Source: Candidatus Woesearchaeota archaeon
GTDB taxonomy: Archaea > Nanobdellota > Nanobdellia > Woesearchaeales > DSVV01
DNA length: 64,000 nucleotides
Assembly: GCA_018657385.1 (NCBI GenBank)
Contig: JABHXF010000048.1
Span: forward strand, 3,681-67,680
Reading direction: 5' to 3'
This document shows positions 20,301-30,071 of the stretch, piece after piece. Below the pieces are notes generated by a model, which made no database searches, was not told the origin of the DNA, and worked only from the letters and a program-made list of their open reading frames with translations. Positions within the stretch are counted from its first letter, which is position 1; each line of letters starts with the position of its first letter. The translations under genes were made by a program, and so were the position numbers.

Positions 20301-21109
20301 TCAATAATCCCAACTATTTGCCCACTACCATCTAAATTAAGAATTGAAGCAGTAGGATCAACTTCTACAATGTCTGAAGAATAATCATTTGTAATTGTTA
20401 ATGGTTGAAGCTCTTCAATAATCTCAACTTGATTAATATTTGTAATATAATGAATATATGCCTTTTTAACCTTTACATGGTAAATTAATGGTGATTCTTT
20501 ATAGTAAGATTCAGCAACCTGGTCAAGTAATGATTGTAGCGCAGCAGATTCTTCAAATGTTTGAATGTATAAATTAATTACTTCTTTATCTTTTGATTCT
20601 TCAATTGTTTGTTGTGTTTGTGTTGGTATTTTCAACTCTGGTTTATATTCAACTATATTTGCAACAAATTTTAATTTTAATATTTCTGGTATTTGTTTTG
20701 GATGTACTTTTACCTTATATGAAAATTCAGGAATATAATCAAAAAATTTAACATTAACTGTTTCTAATATCTGTTTCCATTCTTGTTTAACTGGGCCAAT
20801 TAATTGCAATATGAAATATTGTTGCTTAGATCTCTCTAATAATTGCATTTCTTGTTTGTTAGGTGTAATTTCTAAATTATTAATTAATATTGGATTAACT
20901 TGAAAATCTTGTTCTATTAGTTTAGAATTGATATTTTCTATTTCTGAGCTATCGATAGTTAGTATTTCATATTCTGGTAAGTTTTCATATGTTATACTTG
21001 GTTCTATAATTTTATTATTTGGATAATAAATAAAGAATAAACTGGCCAAGAGTATAATTATTATAACTATTATAGCTATTATTAAACCTAAAAAACCCCT
21101 CTTTTTCAT
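17363..21109 (-). CDS. Large secreted S8 subtilase with C-terminal beta-rich surface domains
   Basis: Triad motifs IIDSG, HGTH, SGTSMSAP; SAGN oxyanion; propeptide; likely start MKKRG|FLGLIIAII at 21109; many NxS/T sequons. Confidence 0.9.
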   Translation of the reverse strand: MKKRGFLGLIIAIIVIIIILLASLFFIYYPNNKIIEPSITYENLPEYEILTIDSSEIENINSKLIEQDFQVNPILINNLEITPNKQEMQLLERSKQQYFILQLIGPVKQEWKQILETVNVKFFDYIPEFSYKVKVHPKQIPEILKLKFVANIVEYKPELKIPTQTQQTIEESKDKEVINLYIQTFEESAALQSLLDQVAESYYKESPLIYHVKVKKAYIHYITNINQVEIIEELQPLTITNDYSSDIVEVDPTASILNLDGSGQIVGIIDSGVDTGVDANTEGDIHLDLDNRINSIYTISNVVCIIYGKSCTSADDLNGHGTHTSGSILGNGSASNSQYRGTAYNANLSFYAAGDDDGSRSIYIASLDSTMIQTSYDDGARIHSDSWGSSTTEYSTGLAKRMDSFMWDNKDILIVTSAGNDGSSLQTVRDPGTAKNVLTVGASQSNRSGSGYGTNINSLPSFSSRGPANDNRTKPDVVAPGTNIISTRSSKLSGGTQSCNGALAGNNNYSTCSGTSMSAPLTAGYVALVRENFIENINYQTPRSSLIKAMIINGAQDIGYGIPSNHSGWGRINLTNTLTPPYPKFFKYIDNTTGFSGSNQYTTHNIEIINTSSELKFTLVWTDYESTSSAAKNLVNDIDLIITSPNGSVYYGNNFEWPYNISQDRLNNVEQLILNSTNGEIETGTYTINISAFSISNTNQDYSIIISGGVNVSPTTSKFDGVTTLPNSGSRYYSESGFILENTTNGKIIWNENVYLSDMNFDDNIIMNSNNIWVNTTGLHSTLTTTNMTISLYNLSYEKPMPMKNGNTCNDCQLVSSTSGKVEFNATEFSSSGSNYSAVENSSIDIWDMRDNGKPYATDTIKYQNNEIYFYANYTNFSSSLAITTGTCTINYNDSTTATMNYNASINLYQYNRTFSNPTQTDYNISCSDTNFYQRNSTNSTTINNINAVYPWQPTNVSIQLNSNGTITINWNTTKDAGSYGLFYDSNLTKLWEFNDSSGPNITDINILELSYTDNINGTTKDSNGVTQRYYKVVALNSTSRTNTSNSTIGVLKKEIPVTTGNPNTGVELVIISIPLNVTDLSLSTLISTTSNIASNNDVIYTYNSTSSQPESVQFFTDFGWFGDFTSFNINQAYLFKPVTTAYNITFVGSVPITNTSFTIKQSTNIAGNSTELNLIGLNTPQKKCSLDTIFYDATNGDTIYRYNTATASYETVSFDGSNWSGDFDCINPGEGYEFRIVGSEYSINYER

Positions 21110-21185
21110 ATTTATTGTCATATTAGCCAAGTATTTAAAGGTTTTCATAAATATTTATATATCTATAGTGTTTAAATATAAATAT

Positions 21186-21761
21186 ATGATTATAGGTATA
21201 ACTGGTTATATCGGGGTTGGAAAAACAACAGCTGCACAAATCTTAGCTAAATTAACTAAACAGAGCTTTAGAATTATTGATGTAGATAAGCTAGGCCATG
21301 AATTATTAAAGGATAGTGAAGTAAAGAATAACCTAATTGCTGAATTTGGTGAAAATATTTTAGGAAGGGACCTAGAAATAGATAGAAAAAAATTAGGAAG
21401 GATAGTTTTTAGCAATACTGAACTATTACAACAATTAAATAATATTATGCATTCTAAAATTAAAAATCAGCTTAGTGAAATGCTACTTAAAGCAAGGGCA
21501 AAAAATGAAAATGTGGTCGTTGATATTGCATTATTAACTGAATTAGGGGTAAATGATCTTTGTGATTTCATTATTCTTATAAAAGCAGATGTTGAATTTG
21601 TTTATGAACGAATGATAAAAGGTTATAATAAAATGCAAATCTTGAATATTATGAATGCACAAAAAGTTCAAAAATATAACCATGTTGTTGAAAATAATGG
21701 TGATCTTGACCAATTTGAACATGATTTAAATGATGTTTTTGATGGGATTCTGAATCTATAA
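21186..21761 (+). CDS. coaE: Dephospho-CoA kinase (bacterial-type)
   Basis: IIGITGYIGVGKTT, IDVDKLGH, IDRKKLGRIVF, LNNIMH, NNG. Confidence 0.85.
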   Translation: MIIGITGYIGVGKTTAAQILAKLTKQSFRIIDVDKLGHELLKDSEVKNNLIAEFGENILGRDLEIDRKKLGRIVFSNTELLQQLNNIMHSKIKNQLSEMLLKARAKNENVVVDIALLTELGVNDLCDFIILIKADVEFVYERMIKGYNKMQILNIMNAQKVQKYNHVVENNGDLDQFEHDLNDVFDGILNL

Positions 21762-21869
21762 TTCTTATTAATTGGTTAATGAGATATTCATTTAAATTTA
21801 TAATGGACTTGTTTAATAATCTTTATAAATCAAAAGAATTATCATGACTTAAGATAATGGAGGGATAAC

Positions 21870-22298
21870 ATGAAAAAAATATTAGCAGTAATTGTTTTAT
21901 TGGTTATTATTGTTGGTGGGTTGTATTATCTAAACACACAGCAAGAAGAAGAGCTTTTATTAGACCAATATAAATGTAACATCGATGATGTTGATTATTA
22001 TATTTACAATCAACTAATTTATTTCAATAATAAAAATGATGAGGATTTTATATTAGCTGATTTTGGTTCCTATCAATTAAAACCGACAAAAGATGGTTGG
22101 ACATTGAACTTTTTTAAAAATAAGGCACAGTCAACTTATGTTACTTTGTTTGATTGGATTGATATTGGAGCGCATCCAACAGCTGGAAAAATTAAATGTG
22201 AATCATTTAAAGAATTTCCATCATACTTTGATTATTTCCTTGATAAACATAAAATATTATTAAGGCAAATTAATGAAGATTTCAAAGAATTGGAATAA
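21870..22298 (+). CDS. Hypothetical membrane-anchored protein
   Basis: GGAGG SD; N-terminal TM helix. Confidence 0.7.
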   Translation: MKKILAVIVLLVIIVGGLYYLNTQQEEELLLDQYKCNIDDVDYYIYNQLIYFNNKNDEDFILADFGSYQLKPTKDGWTLNFFKNKAQSTYVTLFDWIDIGAHPTAGKIKCESFKEFPSYFDYFLDKHKILLRQINEDFKELE

Positions 22299-22479
22299 TT
22301 ATTTAATCAGATTTGATTAATGGTTGATTTGTTTAATTAGAATTGATTATGATTATTACAAAACCGGAATATTTTTCTTTTTTTTTCTTATCTTTATATA
22401 GTATTTTCGAACAAACTCGGAAAATCTCTATTTCTCGACTATAAATGTTTATTAACTTCAAAGTATATTATACTAAATT

Positions 22480-24015
22480 ATGTGTAAACAAAAAAAGCAA
22501 TGGTTTTATATGTTTATTTTGATGGTGATTATAGGGTTATTGTCCTTTAAATTTGCTTATGGTGCGGTGATTGAAAATTCATCATTTCTGATTAATAACT
22601 CCTCTTTTTTTATCGATAATAACACTAATTCCATAAGTAATAATTCAGTTAATCTATCTCTTCAGAATTTATCAAAAATAAAAATAAATTCAAATGCAAA
22701 TTTATCTGTTGTTCTTAATGATGTTATATATACCAATATTGAATATACAAAACTTTTTAGAATTGATAATCTGTTATATCCCCAACAAAAAATTGATGTT
22801 ATTGTCAATTATAGTATTTCAGGCAAGAATTTTTTGAAAACAGGGTCTTTTATTGTAAATGAAGTTAATAAATATAAGACTTCTAATACTGGAAAAATAT
22901 TATTTAAATTTGAAGGAAATTATACTCTATGTGGAGAAATTAATAATAGTGGAGTAATGGTTTGTAAGAATATTATTGTTCTTGATTTAAGTACAATTAA
23001 GTGTGACCCTAACCTTAAACTTGAGATAGTTAAAAATAATGGGGTTTTAAATGAAAACAACTTATTATCTAATCACTTTTTAACTTACCAAGATGATGAC
23101 AAATTAAAATTAAATTTTAATGTTAATAGTACTCAGCCATTTATCATAGAATATTGGATTAATGATGTTTTTGAGGCTAAAATAAAACAAAAACTTAATA
23201 CATCATTACCTAAAAAACAATATACTATTAATAATGGTAAAGAAATAGATATTTTGTTTATTAAAGCCATACTTTATCCAATATGTAATGACACTAATCT
23301 TTTAAATAATAATATTAGTAAACAATTAATTATTGTTAATAATAAAAATAATTCTAATCTTATTAATTCCCATATTGAATTTATAAAAGTATATAATGAG
23401 AACAAACTTAAATTTGGTGGCAATATTAGGATCAAAGCTAAAATTATTAAAAAAAATTCTTCAAAAAACTCATTACAAGCATATGTTGTTGATAAGAATA
23501 ATAAAAAAGTAAGTGAAATTACAAAAATATCCTTGTTTGGTAAGGGTTTTATACAGGATATACTATTATATGTTAAATTAAAAGAAAAATGCGATGTTAG
23601 TAAGTCTAGTAAACATTATGTTGTTCTTGAAGGTTTTGATGTCGAAGCTAAAAAAGCAATATCTATTGATTGTGATGAAAAAAAGAATCTTAAAAAGAAT
23701 ATAGAGAAGAATAAAAAAAAGAAAAAAACTAAATTAGAAAATGTTGAATCTAAAAACTTATGTGGTTCTCAAGAAAATAATAAAAATAATAGTAGTATTA
23801 ATTCATTATTAAATCTTAAAAAATTCAAAGAAAATACAACCCTATATTTAAATAAATTAAATGATAATGAACTAGCTTTAGACTTTAACTCTTCATGCGA
23901 TGTTTATGGGGGGATTATTTATCAGAATAAGAATTCTCAAATTAGATCTTTTACAAAATTCTTTCTTGGGTTGCTATTGTTACTAAACATAGTGGTGATT
24001 TTCTTTAAAAAATGA
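22480..24015 (+). CDS. Hypothetical secreted/surface protein with C-terminal membrane anchor
   Basis: Signal peptide, Asn-rich, beta-rich, C-terminal TM. Confidence 0.7.
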   Translation: MCKQKKQWFYMFILMVIIGLLSFKFAYGAVIENSSFLINNSSFFIDNNTNSISNNSVNLSLQNLSKIKINSNANLSVVLNDVIYTNIEYTKLFRIDNLLYPQQKIDVIVNYSISGKNFLKTGSFIVNEVNKYKTSNTGKILFKFEGNYTLCGEINNSGVMVCKNIIVLDLSTIKCDPNLKLEIVKNNGVLNENNLLSNHFLTYQDDDKLKLNFNVNSTQPFIIEYWINDVFEAKIKQKLNTSLPKKQYTINNGKEIDILFIKAILYPICNDTNLLNNNISKQLIIVNNKNNSNLINSHIEFIKVYNENKLKFGGNIRIKAKIIKKNSSKNSLQAYVVDKNNKKVSEITKISLFGKGFIQDILLYVKLKEKCDVSKSSKHYVVLEGFDVEAKKAISIDCDEKKNLKKNIEKNKKKKKTKLENVESKNLCGSQENNKNNSSINSLLNLKKFKENTTLYLNKLNDNELALDFNSSCDVYGGIIYQNKNSQIRSFTKFFLGLLLLLNIVVIFFKK

Positions 24016-24078
24016 CTATGTTTTTCATCATATTCAATAACAACATTTTTAAATAATAAGGCATTCACAAGCAATAAA

Positions 24079-24651
24079 ATGGAACCAACAAAAATTAAAG
24101 TAAGGGCAATCATTAGTATGATTGGTACTCCTAAAGAGCATTTAGATAAAATTATTAGAGAATATATCCAAGAGCTTAAAACAGAAGAAGGAGTTAAGGT
24201 ATTAAATGAAGATTATGCAGATGCTGAACAAAAAGAACATAAAAATATGTTTAGTGTATTTGTAGAAATAGATGTTGAGTTTAATGATATTGATAAATTA
24301 ATGTGGTTCTGCTTTGATTATATGCCAACATCTATTGAAATAATTGCTCCTGATCAATTTGTGTATTCAGCTCCTGATTTTTCAAATTATTTAAATGAAA
24401 TTCAGGCTAAATTGCATAAATTAGATATGCTTATTAAGAATTTTGAATCTGAGAATAAGGTTTTGAAAAAAAATGGTACAGTTTTAATGAAGAACTTAAT
24501 TATTGCAATCTTAAAACTTAAAAAATCTAATCTTAGTGAAATTTCAAAAGAAGCTGGTGTTCCACCAGAACATATTGAAAAGTTCATTGGGTTTATGATT
24601 AAAGATGGCAAAATTAAAGAAAGTGAAGGACTTTATGAATTAAATATCTGA
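24079..24651 (+). CDS. Conserved archaeal hypothetical protein with C-terminal winged-HTH
   Basis: ISMIGTPKEH…FDYMPTSIEIIAP; C-terminal LSEISKEAGV…GKIKE. Confidence 0.7.
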   Translation: MEPTKIKVRAIISMIGTPKEHLDKIIREYIQELKTEEGVKVLNEDYADAEQKEHKNMFSVFVEIDVEFNDIDKLMWFCFDYMPTSIEIIAPDQFVYSAPDFSNYLNEIQAKLHKLDMLIKNFESENKVLKKNGTVLMKNLIIAILKLKKSNLSEISKEAGVPPEHIEKFIGFMIKDGKIKESEGLYELNI

Positions 24652-24669
24652 TTTTTTTCTTCTATCTTT

Positions 24670-25158
24670 TTATAAAAAATAAACAAGTAATAATAAGAAT
24701 GTAAGTAAGTTTAAGTAGAAAAAAGTTTTTTCAAACAAACTTTTTGATTTAGTAAAACCTTTAATTCTATACTTGAATGGGTAAAACCAATAAATTCCTT
24801 GATAAGTAAGATTATCCAACAATAAATGTGAAAAATAACCAATAAAAAATGCAAAACTTAAGGTTAAGCTAAAAAATCTAGAAAAAATAAATATGAATAA
24901 GATTAATGCTGGCAATGAATGAAAAAATCCCCTATGTTTAAAAACATATCCCACTATTTTTATATTTTTTCCAAGTTTTGAAGAAGGATTATCTATGTCT
25001 GGTACCATTGAGCCAAATATAGCTATTAAACAAAAGATTAAGAAGTTTGTCGTGAAGATACTATTAGAAATACTTAATATCCCTAATAAATTATATGGGT
25101 TCATATAGATAATTAAACATAATACTAAAACAAAAATTCTATGTGTTCTAAACATCAT
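24670..25158 (-). CDS. Membrane-bound metal-dependent hydrolase (YdjM-like)
   Basis: TH, GSMVPDID, HRGFFHS, SHLLLD, G…YPF. Confidence 0.85.
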   Translation of the reverse strand: MMFRTHRIFVLVLCLIIYMNPYNLLGILSISNSIFTTNFLIFCLIAIFGSMVPDIDNPSSKLGKNIKIVGYVFKHRGFFHSLPALILFIFIFSRFFSLTLSFAFFIGYFSHLLLDNLTYQGIYWFYPFKYRIKGFTKSKSLFEKTFFYLNLLTFLLLLVYFL

Positions 25159-25199
25159 TTTAATTGTATTTGTTAATAATTTATATATGCTAATTTATT

Positions 25200-26195
25200 C
25201 TATGCAGGATTTGTTTTACTTGCCATTTTCTTGATCTCTTCTTCTGGATCAATATCTGTGAATACTAAATTACTAGTGAATTCAAGTCTATCAAACATTT
25301 GATTTTTCTTTGCTCTCCCAATTACTTTAATCATCTCACCAAGTAATTCATTCTTAACTTGCTCAAATGATTCAGTATTAACTCTATATCCTAAAATTTC
25401 ATCATGTGTTTTTTTAAGTAGGTTTTGGAGTTGGTTTTTGAAGAATACAATCCTTATAGTTGCACTACCATCATCTAGAAAAACATTAACAACATAATTA
25501 TAATCTAATTTGTCTTTTCCATGCTCTTGGCATGCTAAACCTTCTTCTGTTTGTTGAAGTTTTTTATTACAAACTGAACATGCTTCAAAAAATCTAATAT
25601 CAAATACCTGGACAATTGTACCTAATAATTCAACATTATTATCATCTTCTGTTAATTCTTTAATTGTTTTTCTTTCTCTTGTGAATTGTTTGACTTCCTC
25701 AATTTTTACATCACTTGGATTAATAATTAATTGTGATTTTGAATCAAGGTGTATTTCAACAAAATTATTATTCTTTTTTGCATTTGCGTCTCTGATTATA
25801 ACTACATCTCCTTCCTTAATATTGTCAAATTCTTTTGTTTGATCTCCCCATAATGTAATTCTTATTTGGCCTGTTTCATCACCAATAAAAAAACTAGCAA
25901 CTTTTCCTGTTGTTTCTCCTCTTTGAAATTCATATAATTCTAATTTTCTTGTAACTTTCCCTTGTGTTTCTAATCCACGCATACTAGCAAAGACTTCGTT
26001 AATCTTAACAACTCCTTTTTGCTCCATTACTTTTACACCTAACTCATTAGCAATTATATGGGCTGCACCATCCTTAGAAATTAAACCTGCAAGCTGTGCC
26101 ATTTTTTTTTCAACTTTATCATCAATCTCAGCTTGTGATAAACCTTTATCTTCAATAATCTTTTTTACAACAACATCATATGGTATATTAAGCAT
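25200..26195 (-). CDS. rpa: Replication protein A (OB-fold ssDNA-binding)
   Basis: GDETGQIRITLW OB fold, CSVC…CQEH zinc finger, LDDGSATIR. Confidence 0.85.
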   Translation of the reverse strand: MLNIPYDVVVKKIIEDKGLSQAEIDDKVEKKMAQLAGLISKDGAAHIIANELGVKVMEQKGVVKINEVFASMRGLETQGKVTRKLELYEFQRGETTGKVASFFIGDETGQIRITLWGDQTKEFDNIKEGDVVIIRDANAKKNNNFVEIHLDSKSQLIINPSDVKIEEVKQFTRERKTIKELTEDDNNVELLGTIVQVFDIRFFEACSVCNKKLQQTEEGLACQEHGKDKLDYNYVVNVFLDDGSATIRIVFFKNQLQNLLKKTHDEILGYRVNTESFEQVKNELLGEMIKVIGRAKKNQMFDRLEFTSNLVFTDIDPEEEIKKMASKTNPA

Positions 26196-26396
26196 AGTAA
26201 ACACCCCTTGTAGATAATAAAATCCTTACATGGATTTATTATATGTATTAATTATATATTTCAGCTATATATTAACTATATATCTTAATTATATGTCTTA
26301 TATTTAAATGAGAAATCCTTGATATTTAAATGGGTTATCATATTCTAACTTATATTATAGAGTATATACTTTCTTAATTTATTCCTTTCTAGGACC

Positions 26397-28838
26397 TTAG
26401 CTTAAACAACCCTGTTCATTATAATGATCTAAGAAACAATTAGCAGGAACACTACCGTGGCCTGCTTTTGTAACCTTAACCTCGGAATCAGGGTAATTAG
26501 GTAATTTAATTGAATCTTCTTGTGTGTTACCTGCATCTTGTTGGCTAGAATAATAAGAATGAATCTCTCCTCTTTTACTTGTTGGTAAGTTCGCAACTGT
26601 TGTACACCAAGTTCCATAACATGCATCAAAATAAATTGTAGATTTAATAGGTAAATGAGGTTCATCTAAAAACCCACCATCAATGTAAATATCTCTTATG
26701 GTTCTTCCACCATTACTGTGTCCCATAAATGAAATAGATGTTGGGTTTTGGTTTAATTCTTGTGTTATTGTTGCAATTGCTTCATCATAGAAACATTTAA
26801 ACTGTGATTCATCTGTTCCATCTCTTTTACCTTTCATCCAATCATGTCCACCATCACCCTTTTCTCCTTTGAATGGTCCAGACTTAATGGTGTATTCTGA
26901 AGAAATATGTTTATCTCCTCCTTTAAACCATACTAAAATAATATCTTTGCCTTGATTATGCAATCCTGAAACTTTTTCTGCTAATTTCTTGTTTTTTACA
27001 TATGATTCAACACCACTCATTTGATGGCCATGGAAATAAAAATATACTTCTGTATTTGATGTGATTGATTTAGGAAGAATAATTCCTTCTGTTCTATCTT
27101 CAAATGGCTCAACTTTGGACTTACATTTTGTTGTATATGTATAAAAATTAATATCAGATGGTATGTTATTAGTTATTTGAGTTAATTCACCTGGTGTTAT
27201 ATCTGTTATAGTTTGTTGTGTTTTTGTTGTAGTATCTGTTTGTTGTTCTATAGTTTTGTCTGGTTGTTTAAGAACATCTTTATCTTCTTTGATTTTCTTT
27301 ATTGTCTCAATATTAACATTCTTTAATGATGGGTCTTTAAAGCCAAGTGCAAATCTATAAATTAATGGTTTGTTTTTAATATCATTGTTTAAATAAACAT
27401 TTAGATTTTCATTTGATTTAGCACAAATTGTATAACTTGCTTTGTTTACATCTTTATCGCAAATTTCTAGATTAAGTTTTGGTGGGAAGTTTACTTCTTT
27501 GTTCTTGTTAATTTCTTTTTTCACACATTCTTCAATAATTCCAGCATTAATTGTAGTTATTTTTTCTCCATTTTCATCTATGTTTTTTTGTTCATGACAT
27601 TTTTCAACTTCTTTTGCAATTAAGAAAGATTTTTCTCTTAATTTTGCATATATGTCTAACTCATGAGTTAATGAAATACTAAAACTAGGATCAATTTGAT
27701 AAATAAATCTATCTTGAAAATCCATTGGTATTAATTCAGGAGTTGATAATTGTTTTGTATATTTTTCATTACCTAAATAATCTTGTAATCCTTTTTCACC
27801 AATTATTAGGCCACCATTACAACCATCAAAACCTTGATATTTTAATGCCTTAAGGACACCTTGTGCATAACCAACTCTGCCAACTGCTGATTTGTCTTTA
27901 ACACTATCAGAAAAGAGATGCATTATTACTTCAAAATCTTCTGTTGTGAGTTCCCACCAATTGAATTTTGAATAATCACCATTATATTTATTTTTTGTAA
28001 TTTCTCTTAATGCAATTTTTAGGGTGCCTTGACCATTATTATAGGCAAATGCTGTTCCCCAATAAAGGTTATGTGCTGGGATCTTATCATATGGTGGCTT
28101 TGATATAATTCCAAGATAAGAATTTAATTTTCCCCTTATATGTTCTGCTCCTGTGAATATTCCATCTTTTGGATTTCCTTTCATAAACTCATTTAGATTA
28201 CATTCACCTGTTTTTTCAAGTTTTTCACAATTTTCAATACTTGTTTGCATTATATTACAATATGCAGTTGAGCTTGATATCGTCCATTTTTCTTTTTCTT
28301 TGTCATAGTAATGACATTTTTTTTGGTCTTCCATACAATTATATTCATTACCTGGACCACCTGCAAACTTACATAATCCGCATCTTCCATTACATAATCT
28401 TTTTACTTTGACTTTTGAATTTGATCCATCTTTAATTGTGTAAGTTCCATAATCAAATGGCCCCCCTGCATTTTCTACTTTCATAATACCTATAATTAAT
28501 TCTTCAGGGATATTATAATGGGCAGAAGCTTCTTTTATATGTTGTTTATATGGTTGTATCTTAGCAAGGAACTTTTTAAACTTTTCTTCATTAAAATCTC
28601 TTCTTACTATTTTTTCAGGAAGATATTCTAAGTGGATCAATTCATTACACTGACCAAGATTAATTGTTTGTTGGTTAGTGGTTGGTTGGGATGGATTATA
28701 AACATTATGACCTGTAATTTTCTCATTGTTATTATTTAAATTAGAAATATTAACAAAAAGCAAAGCTATTACTATACATAAAACCAACATTAAAGCTAAT
28801 GCAAGGCTTTTCTTATCTATTAAATGTTTTGTATTCAT
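26397..28838 (-). CDS. Secreted lytic transglycosylase (SLT/lysozyme fold) fused to C-terminal alpha/beta hydrolase
   Basis: KKS|LALA TM; YKQHIKEASAHYNIPEELIIGIMKVEN, IMQ, AYNNG; YFHG…GHSNGG…FDACY…GH. Confidence 0.75.
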   Translation of the reverse strand: MNTKHLIDKKSLALALMLVLCIVIALLFVNISNLNNNNEKITGHNVYNPSQPTTNQQTINLGQCNELIHLEYLPEKIVRRDFNEEKFKKFLAKIQPYKQHIKEASAHYNIPEELIIGIMKVENAGGPFDYGTYTIKDGSNSKVKVKRLCNGRCGLCKFAGGPGNEYNCMEDQKKCHYYDKEKEKWTISSSTAYCNIMQTSIENCEKLEKTGECNLNEFMKGNPKDGIFTGAEHIRGKLNSYLGIISKPPYDKIPAHNLYWGTAFAYNNGQGTLKIALREITKNKYNGDYSKFNWWELTTEDFEVIMHLFSDSVKDKSAVGRVGYAQGVLKALKYQGFDGCNGGLIIGEKGLQDYLGNEKYTKQLSTPELIPMDFQDRFIYQIDPSFSISLTHELDIYAKLREKSFLIAKEVEKCHEQKNIDENGEKITTINAGIIEECVKKEINKNKEVNFPPKLNLEICDKDVNKASYTICAKSNENLNVYLNNDIKNKPLIYRFALGFKDPSLKNVNIETIKKIKEDKDVLKQPDKTIEQQTDTTTKTQQTITDITPGELTQITNNIPSDINFYTYTTKCKSKVEPFEDRTEGIILPKSITSNTEVYFYFHGHQMSGVESYVKNKKLAEKVSGLHNQGKDIILVWFKGGDKHISSEYTIKSGPFKGEKGDGGHDWMKGKRDGTDESQFKCFYDEAIATITQELNQNPTSISFMGHSNGGRTIRDIYIDGGFLDEPHLPIKSTIYFDACYGTWCTTVANLPTSKRGEIHSYYSSQQDAGNTQEDSIKLPNYPDSEVKVTKAGHGSVPANCFLDHYNEQGCLS

Positions 28839-28843
28839 TTGAT

Positions 28844-30025
28844 TTATTTACTCTCTTTTTTATAATGTGATTCAATGGCTTTATCTATCTCATCATCATG
28901 GTGGCCCTTTCTAATTAATTGCTGCTTTATTTTGGAATAATTTATACCTTGGTTGTGTAATTTATTTATTGTTTCATCTAATTTGTTTGTTTTAGTTTTC
29001 TTGAAAAATTTGAAAAGATTAATAATTATAACAACTAAAATAAACATGGCTAATATTATGAGATACATTTTGATGTTCCCCCCATCTATTATTTGTTCTT
29101 TTGTGTATTTTTCAATTTCTTTTTGGTCTATTTCTTTATCTTCTATCTCATTACTTTCAATTTTACCTTTTTCTACTTCTTCATCAATTACTTCATCAAG
29201 AATTTCATCTTCAATAAACTCATCTACTAAATCTTTATTGTTATTGTCATTATCACTTTCTACATAATCTAGGGCAACACAATAACTATCAATACAACAT
29301 TGTGTGTTATCTTCCATTTCTTGGTATAAACCTTGTTTACATTTTTGTTCAGAATTACATTTAATGCCATCATATTCATACATACAATAATGATTTAAAT
29401 CATTGTAATAACAAACATCTTCATTATCTGGATCATTACATATATTACAATCTTTATCTAGATTATTACAGTCTGGATCACATTTGTTATCTTGGATTAA
29501 ATCACAATAATTATCATTTGTTCCAGTAGGACAATCATTTTGACATGTTAATGAATTTTCATAAACTATAACCTCTTTATTATAACAATCATCTTCTGTG
29601 CAGTATTCACAAACATTATTGTTATTACAGAATTCAATTTGTTTTTCAATAATTACTTTTTCATTCTTGAAAATCTTAATTTGTTTAGTTTTAGAATTAA
29701 ATGAAATTGCTGTTTTATATGTTAAACCTATCTCTTTAACAATTAAATTATTAAACTGATCATAACTATTAATTTGGTATATTGGTTCATCATCAAAATT
29801 ATCCATTATTCCAGTATAAAATGCTGTGTTTTCATCTAATTGGTAATAAAAGTTATTATTATCTAAAACACCAAAATCAACTAATTTTTCTTCCTTTTCA
29901 TTCTGGACATCTTGAATTTCAAAATAAACTAATTCTTCACTAAATATCATAGGTAAAATTAATAATAAAACTAGTAAATGCAGTAAAATACAAATTCTAA
30001 TTGTTTTTATTGTGTTTTTATTCAT
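28844..30025 (-). CDS. Secreted Cys/Asp-rich membrane-anchored protein
   Basis: Signal peptide, CNNNNVCE…TCQNDCPTG…DNYCD…CDPDC repeats, acidic linker, C-terminal TM and cytoplasmic tail. Confidence 0.7.
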   Translation of the reverse strand: MNKNTIKTIRICILLHLLVLLLILPMIFSEELVYFEIQDVQNEKEEKLVDFGVLDNNNFYYQLDENTAFYTGIMDNFDDEPIYQINSYDQFNNLIVKEIGLTYKTAISFNSKTKQIKIFKNEKVIIEKQIEFCNNNNVCEYCTEDDCYNKEVIVYENSLTCQNDCPTGTNDNYCDLIQDNKCDPDCNNLDKDCNICNDPDNEDVCYYNDLNHYCMYEYDGIKCNSEQKCKQGLYQEMEDNTQCCIDSYCVALDYVESDNDNNNKDLVDEFIEDEILDEVIDEEVEKGKIESNEIEDKEIDQKEIEKYTKEQIIDGGNIKMYLIILAMFILVVIIINLFKFFKKTKTNKLDETINKLHNQGINYSKIKQQLIRKGHHDDEIDKAIESHYKKESK

Positions 30026-30071
30026 TTTTTTGTTTTTATTGTGTTTTGTTTATTTTTATTCTACTTGCTTT

